A stretch of DNA of 63,997 nt, counting the filler, from an uncultured Methanosarcinales archaeon (GTDB lineage Archaea > Nanobdellota > Nanobdellia > Woesearchaeales > CAZKBD01), in the NCBI GenBank assembly GCA_964550945.1. It is 16 parts of 16 records of this genome, joined end to end, with 100 filler letters (N's around TTAATTAATTAA, not from the genome) between each part and the next. Parts side by side here need not be neighbours in the genome. Positions count along the whole stretch, not along the records: positions 39,325 to 43,034 come from CAZKBD010000129.1; positions 43,135 to 46,754 come from CAZKBD010000130.1; positions 46,855 to 50,384 come from CAZKBD010000131.1; positions 50,485 to 53,866 come from CAZKBD010000132.1; 12 more parts are not named here. One strand, given 5' to 3'. Within the stretch, counting starts at the first letter, position 1. Every line of letters begins with the position of its first letter. Position numbers and translations under genes: made by a program. Of this stretch, positions 41,642 to 53,400 are shown piece after piece. The notes beneath the pieces were generated by a model. That model searched no databases. It saw only the letters and a list, made by a program, of their open reading frames with translations, and was not told where the DNA came from.

Positions 41642-42952
41642 TTGAATCTGATGAATGACTTGAAAAAATCCGATCCTGAGATTGCGAAAGCCATTAGGGA
41701 TGAAATAAAAAGAATAGAAACAGGCGTTGAGCTAATCCCTTCTGAGAATGATGTAAGCAAAGCTGTTCTGCAGGCAATGGGGTCAGTATTCACAAATAAA
41801 TATTCTGAGGGGTATCCTCATAAAAGGTATTATGGCGGCCAGGAATTTGTTGATGTTATTGAAGACTTAGCAATCAAAAGGGCTAAACAACTATTCAATT
41901 GCGAGCATGTTAATATCCAGCCATATTCTGGTTCTCCAGCAAACCAGGCTGTTTTCTTCGCTTTGCTTAATCTAGGCGATAAATTCATGGGCCTTGATCT
42001 TAACTGCGGCGGCCATTTGACTCATGGAAGCCCTGTAAATTTCTCTGGAAAAAATTACAGATGTATTCCTTATCCAGTTGACAAAGAAACAGAACTTTTA
42101 GATATGGATTTTGTAAGAAAATTAGCTTTAAAAGAAAAGCCAAAGATGATTGTTTCTGGCTTGACAGCCTATCCTAGGGTTATTGAATTCAAGGCATTTC
42201 AGGAGATTTGTGAAGAGATTGATGCTTATCACATGTCAGATATAGCCCATATATCCGGGTTATGCGCTACTGGAGTCCATCCTTCACCAGTTCCTGTTGC
42301 AGATGTTGTTACAACAACAACTCATAAAACCTTAAGGGGCCCAAGAGGCGCAATGATCATGTGCAAAATTGAAGATAGGCTGCATAACCAATACCATGCT
42401 AATTCAAAAAAGAACCTTGCTGAATTGATTGACAGCGCTGTTTTTCCTGGCTTGCAAGGCGGCCCTCATGATCATGTGACAGCTGCAAAAGCAGTTGCTT
42501 TTGGAGAAGCGCTAAAGCCAGAGTTCAAGGATTATGCCAAACAGATAGTGAAAAATGCAAAATCAATGGCAGATGAATTAATGGCTCAAGGCATAAAATT
42601 AGTCACAGACGGAACAGATAATCACCTGATGCTTATTGACTTAAGGCCAAAAAATCTTATTGGCAAGGGAAAAGAAGTTCAAAATGCAATGGATGAGGCA
42701 GGGATTACTTTAAACAAAAACACTGTTCCCTATGAGCCAGCTTCTCCATTCAACCCATCTGGATTAAGGCTAGGCACTCCTGCAGTAACAACTAGAGGGA
42801 TGAAAGAAAGCGACATGAAAGTTATTGCACAAGGTATTGTAAAAGTGATTAACAATTATCAAGACAAATCAGTATTAAAAAAAGTCAGGCAGGACATTTT
42901 AGAGCTGACAAAACAATTCCCCCTATATCCTGGATTGGATATATTAGAATAA
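41642..42952 (+). CDS. glyA: Serine hydroxymethyltransferase (bacterial type)
   Basis: LIPSEN, NKYSEGYP, GGHLTHG, TTTTHKTLRGPRG, FPGLQGGP. Confidence 0.97.
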   Translation: MNLMNDLKKSDPEIAKAIRDEIKRIETGVELIPSENDVSKAVLQAMGSVFTNKYSEGYPHKRYYGGQEFVDVIEDLAIKRAKQLFNCEHVNIQPYSGSPANQAVFFALLNLGDKFMGLDLNCGGHLTHGSPVNFSGKNYRCIPYPVDKETELLDMDFVRKLALKEKPKMIVSGLTAYPRVIEFKAFQEICEEIDAYHMSDIAHISGLCATGVHPSPVPVADVVTTTTHKTLRGPRGAMIMCKIEDRLHNQYHANSKKNLAELIDSAVFPGLQGGPHDHVTAAKAVAFGEALKPEFKDYAKQIVKNAKSMADELMAQGIKLVTDGTDNHLMLIDLRPKNLIGKGKEVQNAMDEAGITLNKNTVPYEPASPFNPSGLRLGTPAVTTRGMKESDMKVIAQGIVKVINNYQDKSVLKKVRQDILELTKQFPLYPGLDILE

Positions 42953-42976
42953 CACAAATTTGCTAGCAAATTTGTG
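42953..42976. other. Perfect 24-bp palindrome directly after the glyA stop
   Basis: CACAAATTTGCTAGCAAATTTGTG. Confidence 0.6.
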
Positions 42977-43134
42977 GAATATAAAATTTGAGCTAAATCT
43001 CAAGTTTTTATATCCTAATAGGGTGGGATATTACNNNNNNNNNNNNNNNNNNNNNNNNNNNNNNNNNNNNNNNNNNNNTTAATTAATTAANNNNNNNNNN
43101 NNNNNNNNNNNNNNNNNNNNNNNNNNNNNNNNNN

Positions 43135-43897
43135 AATTGCTGCAATGACTGCTGCTTTTTTAAGCCAAGGCGGCTTGATTTTTGGAGGCATATTTGGAGC
43201 CAACCTTTTTGCAATCCCTATTTTAGGGTTTGTTTTGCTAATTGGGAGAAAAATAAAAACCCAGCAGAAGGTTATTGGAAATCTGCCAATAACTACCTTC
43301 TTTATGTGTGTTCTGCCTCTTATTTTGGTTATTGACGGGTTTTTTTCCAGGATGGATGGATTCATATCATTAGCCGCTTTTGTTGTCTATATAGTCAGGC
43401 TTTGGCAAGGAGAGACATATCTTGGGTCTATGAGAAAGGATATTGCATTCAAAGACCTATACAAGGATATGATCATCTTTAGTATAGCATTAGCAGCAAT
43501 GCTTTTAAGCGCTAGATTCCTGGTGTTTTCTTCTGTAAGGGCAGCGCACCTATTGGAAATTAACCCATTTGTGGTCGGCCTGTTGATAATAGGGATTGGA
43601 GGATCATTCCCAGAACTGACTGTCCAAATAAGGTCTGTGCTAAGGAAGCATCATGATATAGCGTTTGGGAATGTGCTTGGAAGCATAGTGGCAAACTCAA
43701 CATTTGTTGTTGGCTTAGTAGGAATAATCAGCCCGTTTTTTATCAGCTTTAAGCTGGTTTATCTGATTTTTATATTTCTTGCAGCAGGCATGCTTTATAT
43801 CCTGTATCTTATGGGGAGGGATTATGTCAATTGGAAGCATGGCGTTATCTTAATTTTTATTTATGTCTTGTTTTTGGTGTTTGAGTTTGCGTTTTGA
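43135..43897 (+). CDS. Na+/Ca2+ exchanger (CaCA) family protein (5' truncated)
   Basis: GANL, GGSFPEL, GNVLGSIVAN repeats. Confidence 0.85.
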
Positions 43898-43938
43898 ATT
43901 CCAACACCTTTATAAAAAACAAGTTATTCTGATGCTGT

Positions 43939-45621
43939 ATGGAAGCTGCGTTCAAGGAATTGATAAAGGAAATAGAAAAGAATAAAATAAAAAACCAATA
44001 TAGACTGAATATTTTAAAAAATAAGATTTCTAAGAAATACAAATTAGAAAAGATACCTACAAATATTGAGATATTGTGCCATTTACCACCAAATAAGATT
44101 AATAAGTTTAAGAGATTGTTAACAACTAAGCCAACAAGGACTATTTCTGGAGTTGCTGTTTGCGCAATAATGACAAAGCCGATGAAATGCCCACATGGCA
44201 AATGCATAATGTGCCCTGGAGGTGTTGATTCTGCTTTTGGTTCTGTTCCACAGAGCTATACAGGAAAAGAGCCTGCAACAAGAAGAGCGATAAGGAACAA
44301 TTATGATCCTTATCTACAAGTTATGAACAGATTAGAGCAATATACAATCTTAAACCAGGATACCACAAAGATTGAGCTTATTGTTATGGGAGGAACTTTC
44401 CCTAGTTTTCCTAAAAAGTATCAAGAGGAATGTATAACCCACTCATTTAAAGCTATGAATGATTTTAGTGATCTTTTTTTTAAGAAAAATAAGCTTGATT
44501 TCATTAGATTTAAAGAATTCTTTGAGTTGCCAGGAAATGTCCATGATAAAACAAGAGAAGAAAGGATTCATAAAAGATTATTATCAATAAAAAATAAAAA
44601 AACCTGCCTAGAAAAAGAACAGAAGAAAAATGAAAAATCTGCTGTAAGATGCGTTGGCTTGACAATTGAGACAAGGCCGGATTATGCAAAATTAAAGCAT
44701 GCAAATGAAATGCTAAGATTAGGAGCAACAAGGATTGAGCTAGGTGTCCAAACAATTTATGATGATGTTTTGAAAACAATAAAAAGAGGCCATAGTGTTA
44801 GTGATTCTATTGAGGCAACAAGGATCTTAAAAGATTTGGGATTCAAGATAAATTACCATATGATGCCTGGATTGCCTGGAGTTAGCCTGAAAAAGGATCT
44901 TTTTGCGCTAAAAGCATTGTTTGATTATGAGGAATTCCAACCAGATATGCTAAAGATTTATCCGTGCATGGTGTTGAAAGGAACTAAGCTTTATGATCTG
45001 TGGAAAAAAAAGAAGTATATCCCATTAATGACTAAGCAAGCTGCTGAGCTTATTGCTGAATTTAAGAAAATAGCGCCAGAATATTTGCGCATAATGCGCG
45101 TTCAAAGAGATATTCCTACAGTTATGACCGAAGCTGGTGTTGATAAAACAAATTTAAGGCAGTATATTGAGCAATTGATGAAGAAAGAAAAGATAAAATG
45201 CAGATGTATAAGGTGCAGAGAGCCTAAACTAAAAAAAATATCTAAAAATATTAAGATAATAGAACGGCATTATATAGGTTCAGAAGGCAATGAGTTTTTT
45301 ATATCTGCAGAAGATACAAAGAATGATATTATCTTAGGATTTTGCAGATTAAGGTTTCCATCCCAATGCTTAAGAAAGGAGATAACTAATGACTCTGCTT
45401 TGATTAGAGAGCTTCATGTTTATGGAGAGGCAGTTCAAATTGGAAAAAAAGGAAAAGTGCAGCACAAGGGGATAGGAAAGACATTATTAGGGGTAGCAGA
45501 AAAAACAGCAAAAACTTATTATAAGAATAAGATGATTGTTATTTCTGGGATAGGAGCGAGAGAGTATTTCAGGAAATTAGGGTATAAGAGAGAAGGGGTT
45601 TATATGTCAAAGAGATTGTAG
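43939..45621 (+). CDS. elp3: Elp3 tRNA U34 carboxymethyltransferase (radical SAM + KAT)
   Basis: CPHGKCIMC, PQSYTG.EP, IETRPD, RELHVYG, QHKGIG. Confidence 0.95.
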   Translation: MEAAFKELIKEIEKNKIKNQYRLNILKNKISKKYKLEKIPTNIEILCHLPPNKINKFKRLLTTKPTRTISGVAVCAIMTKPMKCPHGKCIMCPGGVDSAFGSVPQSYTGKEPATRRAIRNNYDPYLQVMNRLEQYTILNQDTTKIELIVMGGTFPSFPKKYQEECITHSFKAMNDFSDLFFKKNKLDFIRFKEFFELPGNVHDKTREERIHKRLLSIKNKKTCLEKEQKKNEKSAVRCVGLTIETRPDYAKLKHANEMLRLGATRIELGVQTIYDDVLKTIKRGHSVSDSIEATRILKDLGFKINYHMMPGLPGVSLKKDLFALKALFDYEEFQPDMLKIYPCMVLKGTKLYDLWKKKKYIPLMTKQAAELIAEFKKIAPEYLRIMRVQRDIPTVMTEAGVDKTNLRQYIEQLMKKEKIKCRCIRCREPKLKKISKNIKIIERHYIGSEGNEFFISAEDTKNDIILGFCRLRFPSQCLRKEITNDSALIRELHVYGEAVQIGKKGKVQHKGIGKTLLGVAEKTAKTYYKNKMIVISGIGAREYFRKLGYKREGVYMSKRL

Positions 45622-45783
45622 ATAACTTGCCTTAACGGATACGTGGTTTTTGACAAAGTAATCAAACGCGACTCTTCTCACTCCATTGTGCAACCCTAGC
45701 AAAACTCTAAAATAGGAAAGCGTAGCGGATTTTAGAGCTTAATAAAGAAAATCTTTTAATACAATACAAGATTATACTTCTTT

Positions 45784-46716
45784 ATGGATAAGGAAAACGT
45801 TGAATTCAAACCAAAATTCATTGAAAGATATGAGAAACTAACTAATTTTGAAGATTTTAAGAAGTATTCTTTGGAGTTTCTTAGAAGATCTGTCAGGATA
45901 AACACTTTGAAGATATCTATAAGCGAATGCAAAAAAAGGCTTGAAGAAAAAGGATGGCAGCTAACTCAAATACCTTGGTGCAAAGAAGGATTCTGGGTTG
46001 TGCATAATGAAGGAAGGAGAGATATTGGAAACACTTTAGAGCATTCTTTAGGCCATATCTATGTGCAAGAGGCTGCAAGCATGATTCCTCCTATTGTTTT
46101 AGGCCCACAACCAGGAGATATTGTTTTAGACATGTGTGCTAGCCCAGGAAGCAAATCCAGCCAGATAGCACAGTACATGGAGAATAAAGGGATTTTGGTC
46201 GCTAATGATTACAAGGGAATTAGGATAGCTCCTTTAGGTATAAATCTTCAGAGATGCGGCATTAGTAATGCAATAATCACCTTGATGGAAGGCAGATGGT
46301 TTAAGGACTTGAGATTTGATAAAATTTTGGTAGATGCTCCTTGCTCTGGCACAGGCACAATAAGGAAATCATTCAAGACTTTGATGATATGGAATCCAGA
46401 TGTTATTAAGAGGTTAGCAGGCCAGCAAAGGCAGCTGATTGAAACTGCTTTCGATATTTTAAAAGAAGATGGAGTTATGGTGTATTCTACCTGCTCATGC
46501 GAGCCTGAGGAGAATGAAGGCATTATTGATCATTTATTGAACAATCATGATAATGCCAAATTAGAAAAAATATATCTGGATGGGCTAAAGGTATCAAAAC
46601 CAATATTAGAGTTTGAAAAGAACAGATACAGAAAAGAGATTGAAAATTGCTTAAGGATATGGCCTCAGGATAATGATACTGAGGGGTTTTTTGTTGCGAA
46701 GATAAGAAAAACATAA
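45784..46716 (+). CDS. NOL1/NOP2/RsmB-family RNA m5C methyltransferase
   Basis: QEAASM, DMCASPGSK, DAPCSG, YSTCS, GFFVA. Confidence 0.94.
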   Translation: MDKENVEFKPKFIERYEKLTNFEDFKKYSLEFLRRSVRINTLKISISECKKRLEEKGWQLTQIPWCKEGFWVVHNEGRRDIGNTLEHSLGHIYVQEAASMIPPIVLGPQPGDIVLDMCASPGSKSSQIAQYMENKGILVANDYKGIRIAPLGINLQRCGISNAIITLMEGRWFKDLRFDKILVDAPCSGTGTIRKSFKTLMIWNPDVIKRLAGQQRQLIETAFDILKEDGVMVYSTCSCEPEENEGIIDHLLNNHDNAKLEKIYLDGLKVSKPILEFEKNRYRKEIENCLRIWPQDNDTEGFFVAKIRKT

Positions 46717-46854
46717 ATATTAGTAAGAATGATGGGTTTTTATGGCAAAAATGANNNNNNNNNNNNNNNNNNNNNNNNNNNNNNNNNNNNNNNNNNNNTT
46801 AATTAATTAANNNNNNNNNNNNNNNNNNNNNNNNNNNNNNNNNNNNNNNNNNNN

Positions 46855-46993
46855 CCAAAAAATAACAATAATGGCTTCGGACGGCTTCGCCTGCTCGCCA
46901 CTCCGTGACTTGTGAGCGAGTTCGCTCTCAAACGAACTCACTCGCATGTCACGAGCCAACCCTCGGCTCGCCCTCGCCATTGTTATTTTTTGG
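46855..46993 (-). repeat. Family A structured element, copy 3 (long central hairpin)
   Basis: Reverse complement CCAAAAAATAACAATGGCGAGGGCGAGCC...GTGGCGAGCAGGCGAAGCCGTCCGAAGCCATTATTGTTATTTTTTGG. Confidence 0.85.
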
Positions 46994-47051
46994 AATAAAC
47001 TATTTACTGAACCCTTTCTTAGAAGTGTTTAATTTGTTCAATAAGAAAATA

Positions 47052-47366
47052 TTACTTATAGGGGAAACGCATAAACCTCTTGCATTCAAGGCAGTAATAG
47101 ACAACATGGCCTTCTTTTGTCCTTATGCGGCAGTTTTTGCCTGGCACAAGGAATTTGTGGCAATGCTTGCAGAATCTTCTTTTTAATTCTCTAGGGATCT
47201 TAACTTTGTATTTCATTGCTATTTTTCTGGCTAAGCTCACATAGCGGTTGGCAAGCTTTTTGTCTTTATTAAAGATAGATTTTGCTTCTCCAAATAGTAT
47301 ACTGATTCTTTCTTCGGCTATTCTCTGAAATTTCCTGGATTTTTTGGAGTAGTGTCTTTTTCCCAT
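47052..47366 (-). CDS. rnp4: Ribonuclease P protein Rpp21
   Basis: IAEERI, RYVSLARKI, FCKHC...CLEC. Confidence 0.92.
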   Translation of the reverse strand: MGKRHYSKKSRKFQRIAEERISILFGEAKSIFNKDKKLANRYVSLARKIAMKYKVKIPRELKRRFCKHCHKFLVPGKNCRIRTKEGHVVYYCLECKRFMRFPYK

Positions 47367-47420
47367 TATCTATACCTAAAATGAGAATATTTAATAAGTT
47401 TACTGAATTTATTGGCTAAA

Positions 47421-48686
47421 ATGCTTACATTTCTAAAGAAGATATTCCAAAAAGAAGATAAGGAATCAGAAAAGGAGACTATAAAAATAGAGAATGTTGA
47501 ATCGTGGCTTGATAAAAAGATCAAAGAGTTTAATGAAAGCCTAGATAGTAATCTACAAGGATATATCGGAAAGCTGGATAATGAAATAAGCGATACCAAG
47601 AAGAACCTTGATGTTCTTGGAAACGCTAAGCTTCACAATCCTAACATAACTGTCAGAGAAAAACAATTCATGGAAGGAAACCGCGAGGCTTATCTAAAAA
47701 GGGTTGATTTGTTCTTAAAAGGGTTATCTTTAGAGAAAAAGGATTTCAAAGCGCTAAAAGAGGTTTGCTCTTCTTTTGATAAAGAATTAGAAGGTTTTGG
47801 AAAATCTACTTTCAAAGCCTATCAAGTGCTTCAGCATTTCTTTGCGCATGAATCAAGAAATATTGCTATAAACATAAAGAATCTTGAGCGTATTTTTAAG
47901 GAGTTGAAGGGATTCTTAGACAGGAATGATATTGCATATGTAGAGAAAATGAAAAAAGAGTCGGTTTATTTAAAGGATAATATGAACAGGAAAGATGAAT
48001 TAAAAAGTTTATTGGATAAAGAAGCACATATTGTCAAAGAATTGGAAGATAAAAGGATGAAAGCTGAGAAAGAGATCAAAGAACTACATGGAAGCCAAAG
48101 GTATAAGGAATTTAAGGGTTTGGCAGATAAACAAGAGGGTGTTAATGGGCTTATTAATGTCCACAAAAGTATGTTGCTGCAATCATTTTCAATTCTTGAG
48201 CATTCTTTAAAGAAATATGTGAGGATGATTCTGGAAGAAGAGGATGTTTTGAAGGATTACATTGAAAATCCAGTCAGCAGCTTATTAGAGGATAAAGAGT
48301 TAAAGATTTTGAAAATATTAAAAGGCTTGGAAAAGAACATTATCGAGGATAAGATTGAACTGAAAGACAAAAAAAGGGACAGGACACTGGATGAGATAAG
48401 AAAATTGAATAAAGAGTTCTTTGAAGATTTTATTGATAAGTATACTGCGTTGGATGATGGATTGTTAAAGCTAAAGAAAGAAATTGAAGAGAATAAGATA
48501 AGAGATAAAGAAGAAGAGCTAAAAAATAAATCAGAAGAAATTAATAAAAAAATTGAAAAAATCAGCGATAATATTGATAATTTAAAGAAAGAATTCAATG
48601 ATATCCATATTCAAAAATTGAAAGAGAACTTGGAGAAAGAGATAAAAGAGAATTTGAAAGTTGATGTTGTTATTTCTTTCTCTTAA
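47421..48686 (+). CDS. Coiled-coil hypothetical protein
   Basis: Lys/Glu-rich heptad pattern. Confidence 0.7.
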   Translation: MLTFLKKIFQKEDKESEKETIKIENVESWLDKKIKEFNESLDSNLQGYIGKLDNEISDTKKNLDVLGNAKLHNPNITVREKQFMEGNREAYLKRVDLFLKGLSLEKKDFKALKEVCSSFDKELEGFGKSTFKAYQVLQHFFAHESRNIAINIKNLERIFKELKGFLDRNDIAYVEKMKKESVYLKDNMNRKDELKSLLDKEAHIVKELEDKRMKAEKEIKELHGSQRYKEFKGLADKQEGVNGLINVHKSMLLQSFSILEHSLKKYVRMILEEEDVLKDYIENPVSSLLEDKELKILKILKGLEKNIIEDKIELKDKKRDRTLDEIRKLNKEFFEDFIDKYTALDDGLLKLKKEIEENKIRDKEEELKNKSEEINKKIEKISDNIDNLKKEFNDIHIQKLKENLEKEIKENLKVDVVISFS

Positions 48687-50253
48687 CTTTTTGAGCTTCT
48701 TCGACAGCATCCCTGCCTACTGAATCTCCGTTAATCAGCTCTAAGGTTGCACCACCTGCGCTTGTTATTGTTGAGAATGAATCTTCTGCATGGTATTTAT
48801 TTATTCTGGCTGTGGTATCACCACCAGCTCCGATTGTAATGCCTTCGTTTTCTTTGCATACCTTTGCTACTGCAAATATTCTTGCATCTGTTTCTGATAC
48901 CTCTTCTACTCTAGGGTCTTCAATTGAATAAGGGCCTGACTGCAGGTAGATTCCTGCATTTGTAATTACACTAACTATTCTTTCTAATGTTTTTGGGCCT
49001 TCTCCCACTGCTAACCATCCTGTTGGAATTCCTGTTGCTTCTTCATGAACCCTAATTTGCGTATCTTGAGGCAGCATTCCTGCTTTGTCAGGAGCAGCAT
49101 TAGCAAGCGTATGGTCATATGAAGTAATTACTTCAACGCCTTTTCCCTTTGCTTTAGCCATTACACTATAGGCGAAAACAATTTGTTCTCCTTCCTGGCC
49201 CCACCTGATATAAGAATCTCCAATCAGGCTTTTTATCTCTTCATCAGTAATTTCGAGCAAGGATTTTAATTCGTCACTTTTTTGTTTTTGAAGTTGTGCT
49301 GTAACCTCTTCTGCTTTTTTCTTGTCTTTTCCCGCTGATTTAGCTTCCTGAGTTATCCTTTGATTATATCTACCAACAATCTCGTTTACCTTATCTAATT
49401 GTGATTCTATTCTAGAGCCGTAATGCTCAGCTAAAATGAAAGTGTAAGTAACTGCGCCTCCTGTTATTATAGCGTCTCCTTCCCTCATTCGGTCTATAAG
49501 GTCAACGGCAACAGTTATCTTAGAGACAATACCTGGATCTGATTCGATTTTTCTACCACAAAGCCCAAATACAAATGAGCCTCTTTCAGGATCTTCAAGT
49601 TTCTGCCTTAGGCTGCCTATATTTTCAAGAACATTTGCATATTTCAATCCATAGACCACTTGCCCGCCATTTTTAGCTACAATCAATGGCGTTGTTATGA
49701 TGGTGGCTTCTGGCCTGTGATTTTGGGTCTCATTTTCATTTACATATATCCCGCCAGCACCAACTAGTGAGGCTATAAATTCAGCAAAATCAGGATCGTT
49801 TGAATTTGCTTCTGGATCATATCTTACATTTTCAAGAACAAGAACCTGGCCTTTTTTCAAAGATTGTGCTAGAGCTTGAACTTCTTCTCTATGCTGGTAT
49901 GTGCTTTTAGGGGTTCTGTCTTCATAACAATCTGGAGCAATTAAAACCCCATGATTTAGTATACCCTCTTCCCTTAATATTTGCTCAATCCTTTTTGCGA
50001 CGGGGGCCATACTGAAATCAGGGTCTACTCCTTTAGGCCTTCCACACCAGCCTGCAGCCAATATAACCTTAGCACCATGTTCAACCGCATATCTTAATGT
50101 GGGGATAATATCTCGGATTCTGGTGTCATCGGTTACTCTTGCAGGATCAAGTAAATCTTTAGTTTGGTCTAATGGGACATCTAAACCTGCTCTAATCATA
50201 ACATACTTTCCAGTAATAGCTACATCCTTAATTGTCATTCTATATTCAGCCAT
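48670..50253 (-). CDS. pgk: Highly divergent phosphoglycerate kinase-family protein
   Basis: DDTRI, GRPKG, VLENVR, HR, AGGDT, AGGATL are present; several motifs are altered and there is a long helical insert. Confidence 0.75.
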   Translation of the reverse strand: MAEYRMTIKDVAITGKYVMIRAGLDVPLDQTKDLLDPARVTDDTRIRDIIPTLRYAVEHGAKVILAAGWCGRPKGVDPDFSMAPVAKRIEQILREEGILNHGVLIAPDCYEDRTPKSTYQHREEVQALAQSLKKGQVLVLENVRYDPEANSNDPDFAEFIASLVGAGGIYVNENETQNHRPEATIITTPLIVAKNGGQVVYGLKYANVLENIGSLRQKLEDPERGSFVFGLCGRKIESDPGIVSKITVAVDLIDRMREGDAIITGGAVTYTFILAEHYGSRIESQLDKVNEIVGRYNQRITQEAKSAGKDKKKAEEVTAQLQKQKSDELKSLLEITDEEIKSLIGDSYIRWGQEGEQIVFAYSVMAKAKGKGVEVITSYDHTLANAAPDKAGMLPQDTQIRVHEEATGIPTGWLAVGEGPKTLERIVSVITNAGIYLQSGPYSIEDPRVEEVSETDARIFAVAKVCKENEGITIGAGGDTTARINKYHAEDSFSTITSAGGATLELINGDSVGRDAVEEAQKVKRKK

Positions 50254-50484
50254 TCTACAGTGCACCCCCTAAAAGATGTTCACTAGCTTATAAAAAAATC
50301 AAACTAATATAAATAACTTGCCAAAAAACCGGATGTGGGACAGGATTAGCTAATTTCTATGCTGTTTCTTATAGAAGTTGAATANNNNNNNNNNNNNNNN
50401 NNNNNNNNNNNNNNNNNNNNNNNNNNNNTTAATTAATTAANNNNNNNNNNNNNNNNNNNNNNNNNNNNNNNNNNNNNNNNNNNN

Positions 50485-53400
50485 ATTATCAATTGCTGTC
50501 CAGTTAAAGTCAATTGTATCGCTGGTTGTGTTGAAATTGTCTATTGGTCTGTTAAGTACGATGCTTGGTATTGCTGAGTCAGCTGTGATGGTATAATTTG
50601 TTTCACTGTATGCTGCATTACCTAAGCTATCATTACACCAGATGTTCCAAATGTATGTTCCATTTGTTAAGTTCAGTTTTATCTTGTCGGCTACAGCTGA
50701 TGTCACACTTGCGTCAGTTGCGTTAGCTAGCCATAATCCATCGAAATTGCCGTACAATACACAAGTCTCTATGCCTAGTGAGTCAGTAGCTGTAAAATCA
50801 AATGTTACATTGCCATCGCTCTGCCAGGTATTGTTTGCTTTATCCAGACTAATCACTGGAGCAGTAATATCTCTTGTAAATATCCTTGTCAAAGATGTAT
50901 TTGCATTAGTTGCATTATCTACACAAGTAACATTCCATGTATGAGTTCCTTCAGGAATTCCTTCAACACTAACATTAAAAGCAGTCCCATTAGCAGATTC
51001 ATTATTGGAAACATTCACAACACCATCTATTGTTAAATTACAAGTTAAACCAGTATCTAGATTATCAATCGCTGTCCAGTTGAAGTTGATTGTATCACTG
51101 GTTGTATTGTAATAATCAATAGGAGCATTTAATACGATTGATGGTTTAGTTGCGTCAATAGTTACACTTCTTGTTTCTGTTGTGTTTACATTCCCAGCCA
51201 AATCTTGGGTATAACCCTTGAATGTGTGGTTTCCATCTGGAAGTGAAGTGAAATTATGTGAAACATATTTCGATGATGTGTTTGCGTATAGCCCCCTTAT
51301 TTCTTCTGCTGATAAGCTTCTGTTGAAGATCATTACATCATCAATTGTGCCGTTGAAAAATAAGTCAGGATAATAGGATTTATCTATGCTGATATATAGA
51401 TTGTCGTTAGTGATTTCATTAAAATCAACCGTTCCTAGGGTTCCGGTGTTTGATGCTGCCAGTGCTCCATTTAGATATAACGATATATTCGTTGTGTTGT
51501 ATACTCCAACAACATGATACCACATACCTACGTTTGCTGTTGCTAATGCATGAATGTAGTTTGTATTATAAGGAGTAGCAATAAAAGCCTGGAAACCCGA
51601 ACCTCCTAAATGGGGTCTTAGAACTAAACCATTGGAATTAATGTTAACTCCGTCTCCCAGCGTAATCCCTGCGTATCCAAATTGATTTGCTTTGAACCAT
51701 GCAGATATAGTAATTTCATTTTGTGCTGATACATCCATAACATTATTGATTTGAATATAGTCACCATCACCATCAAACTCAAAACCCTTTCCTAATTTTC
51801 CTGAATCTGTCTGGCTTGCATTCCCAAAAGCAGTTCCATTATTCCTCCCAATGTAATCAATAACGCCATCTCCACTTGAATTCAAATCATCCATTCTCCA
51901 CCAACTTACCAAACTATTATCAAAATCAATGAATGTAGAGATGTTATTGTTGTCTGCTGCTGAGATGTTTACAAAGATATAATCGTCAGCTTGTATTGAG
52001 CTGTCTGCAGGGGTTTGGGCGTCTGCAATACTAATGTTTGGGTAGACAGTATCTATCAGGAAATTATAAGTGTCTGAATAATCCAAATTACCCGCACTAT
52101 CATTACAACTTATAATAAACGTATAAGAGCCATCTGCTATTGATGAGTTTGTATAATTAGCTCCTGTATTGCTTGAATTTAAAGTCATTGTTGCATTAGG
52201 AGTACCGCTAATGGACAATCCACACCAGCTTGCTCGTTCGTTTATAGAGGCATTAAAGTCAAGACTGCTTTGATTCCAATTTGAATTATTTGCAGGAGTG
52301 AGTATTGTTACTGTTGGTGCTGTTGTATCAATTGTAAACACAATAGAACCTGAATTTTCATTACCAACGGTATCATTCACCCAAATAGTAACATTATGCT
52401 GCCCTTCTGTCCATGTAACTGCCGTTATATTTATGCAATTTGCTAATGTTGTGTTACTGCTCATTGTATCATTAGAATACCAGCAAGAATCAACACCTGT
52501 TCCAGAATCACTAACAGTATAATTAACATTCAATCCAGTATTAGATGTGTTGGTGTTATTTTCTGGCGAGATTATTGTTATAATTGGAGCAGTAATATCT
52601 CTTGTAAATATCCTTGTTAAAGAAGTATTAACATTAGTTGCATTATCTACACAAGTAACATTCCATAAATGATTTCCTTCACCAAATCCTGCAACTGTAA
52701 CATTAAATGCTGTTCCATTTGCAGACTCAATATCTGAAATATTCACAACCCCCTCAGCAGTTAAATTACATGTTAAACCATTATCCAAATTATCAATCGC
52801 TGTCCAGTTAAAGTTTATTGTATCACTGGTTGTATTGAAATTGTCTGGAGGATAGTTTAAGTTGACTGCAGATTTGGTAGTGTCTACCACAAACCATGTT
52901 GTAACTGTCTTGTTATTACCTACAACATCTCTGCTACCATAGATAGTAATTGTATAATTGCCATCTGGATAACCGCTAATATTGACCAAGTCTGTCCAGC
53001 TATGACTAGTTGTGTAAGCTCCCCACCCAGTTGAATTGAACTGAACCTGATGACCTGATGAGTTTGTAATATTATATTCTGTGTAGTTAAGGTGCCAATC
53101 TTGGACAATAATATTCAAGGTGAAATTATCATTATAGTACGCTCCAGTTATAGGAGGTGTGATAAACTGGACATTCGGATTTTTGTTGTCTACTTGGAAA
53201 CTAACATTTGTTATTCTTAAGTTACCTAAAGTATCGTTCGCATAGACAATAAACGTGATGTTCCATTCTGCGTCTTCGTCAAAGGTGGTGTTCCAACTAG
53301 TGTCCCAATCCTCGGATGCATTCAATGTATTGTTTACAAATATCTCAGAAGAGTTTGAAGTGTTTACTATCTCGTATCGCGCTGTATCTACCCCCACTAA

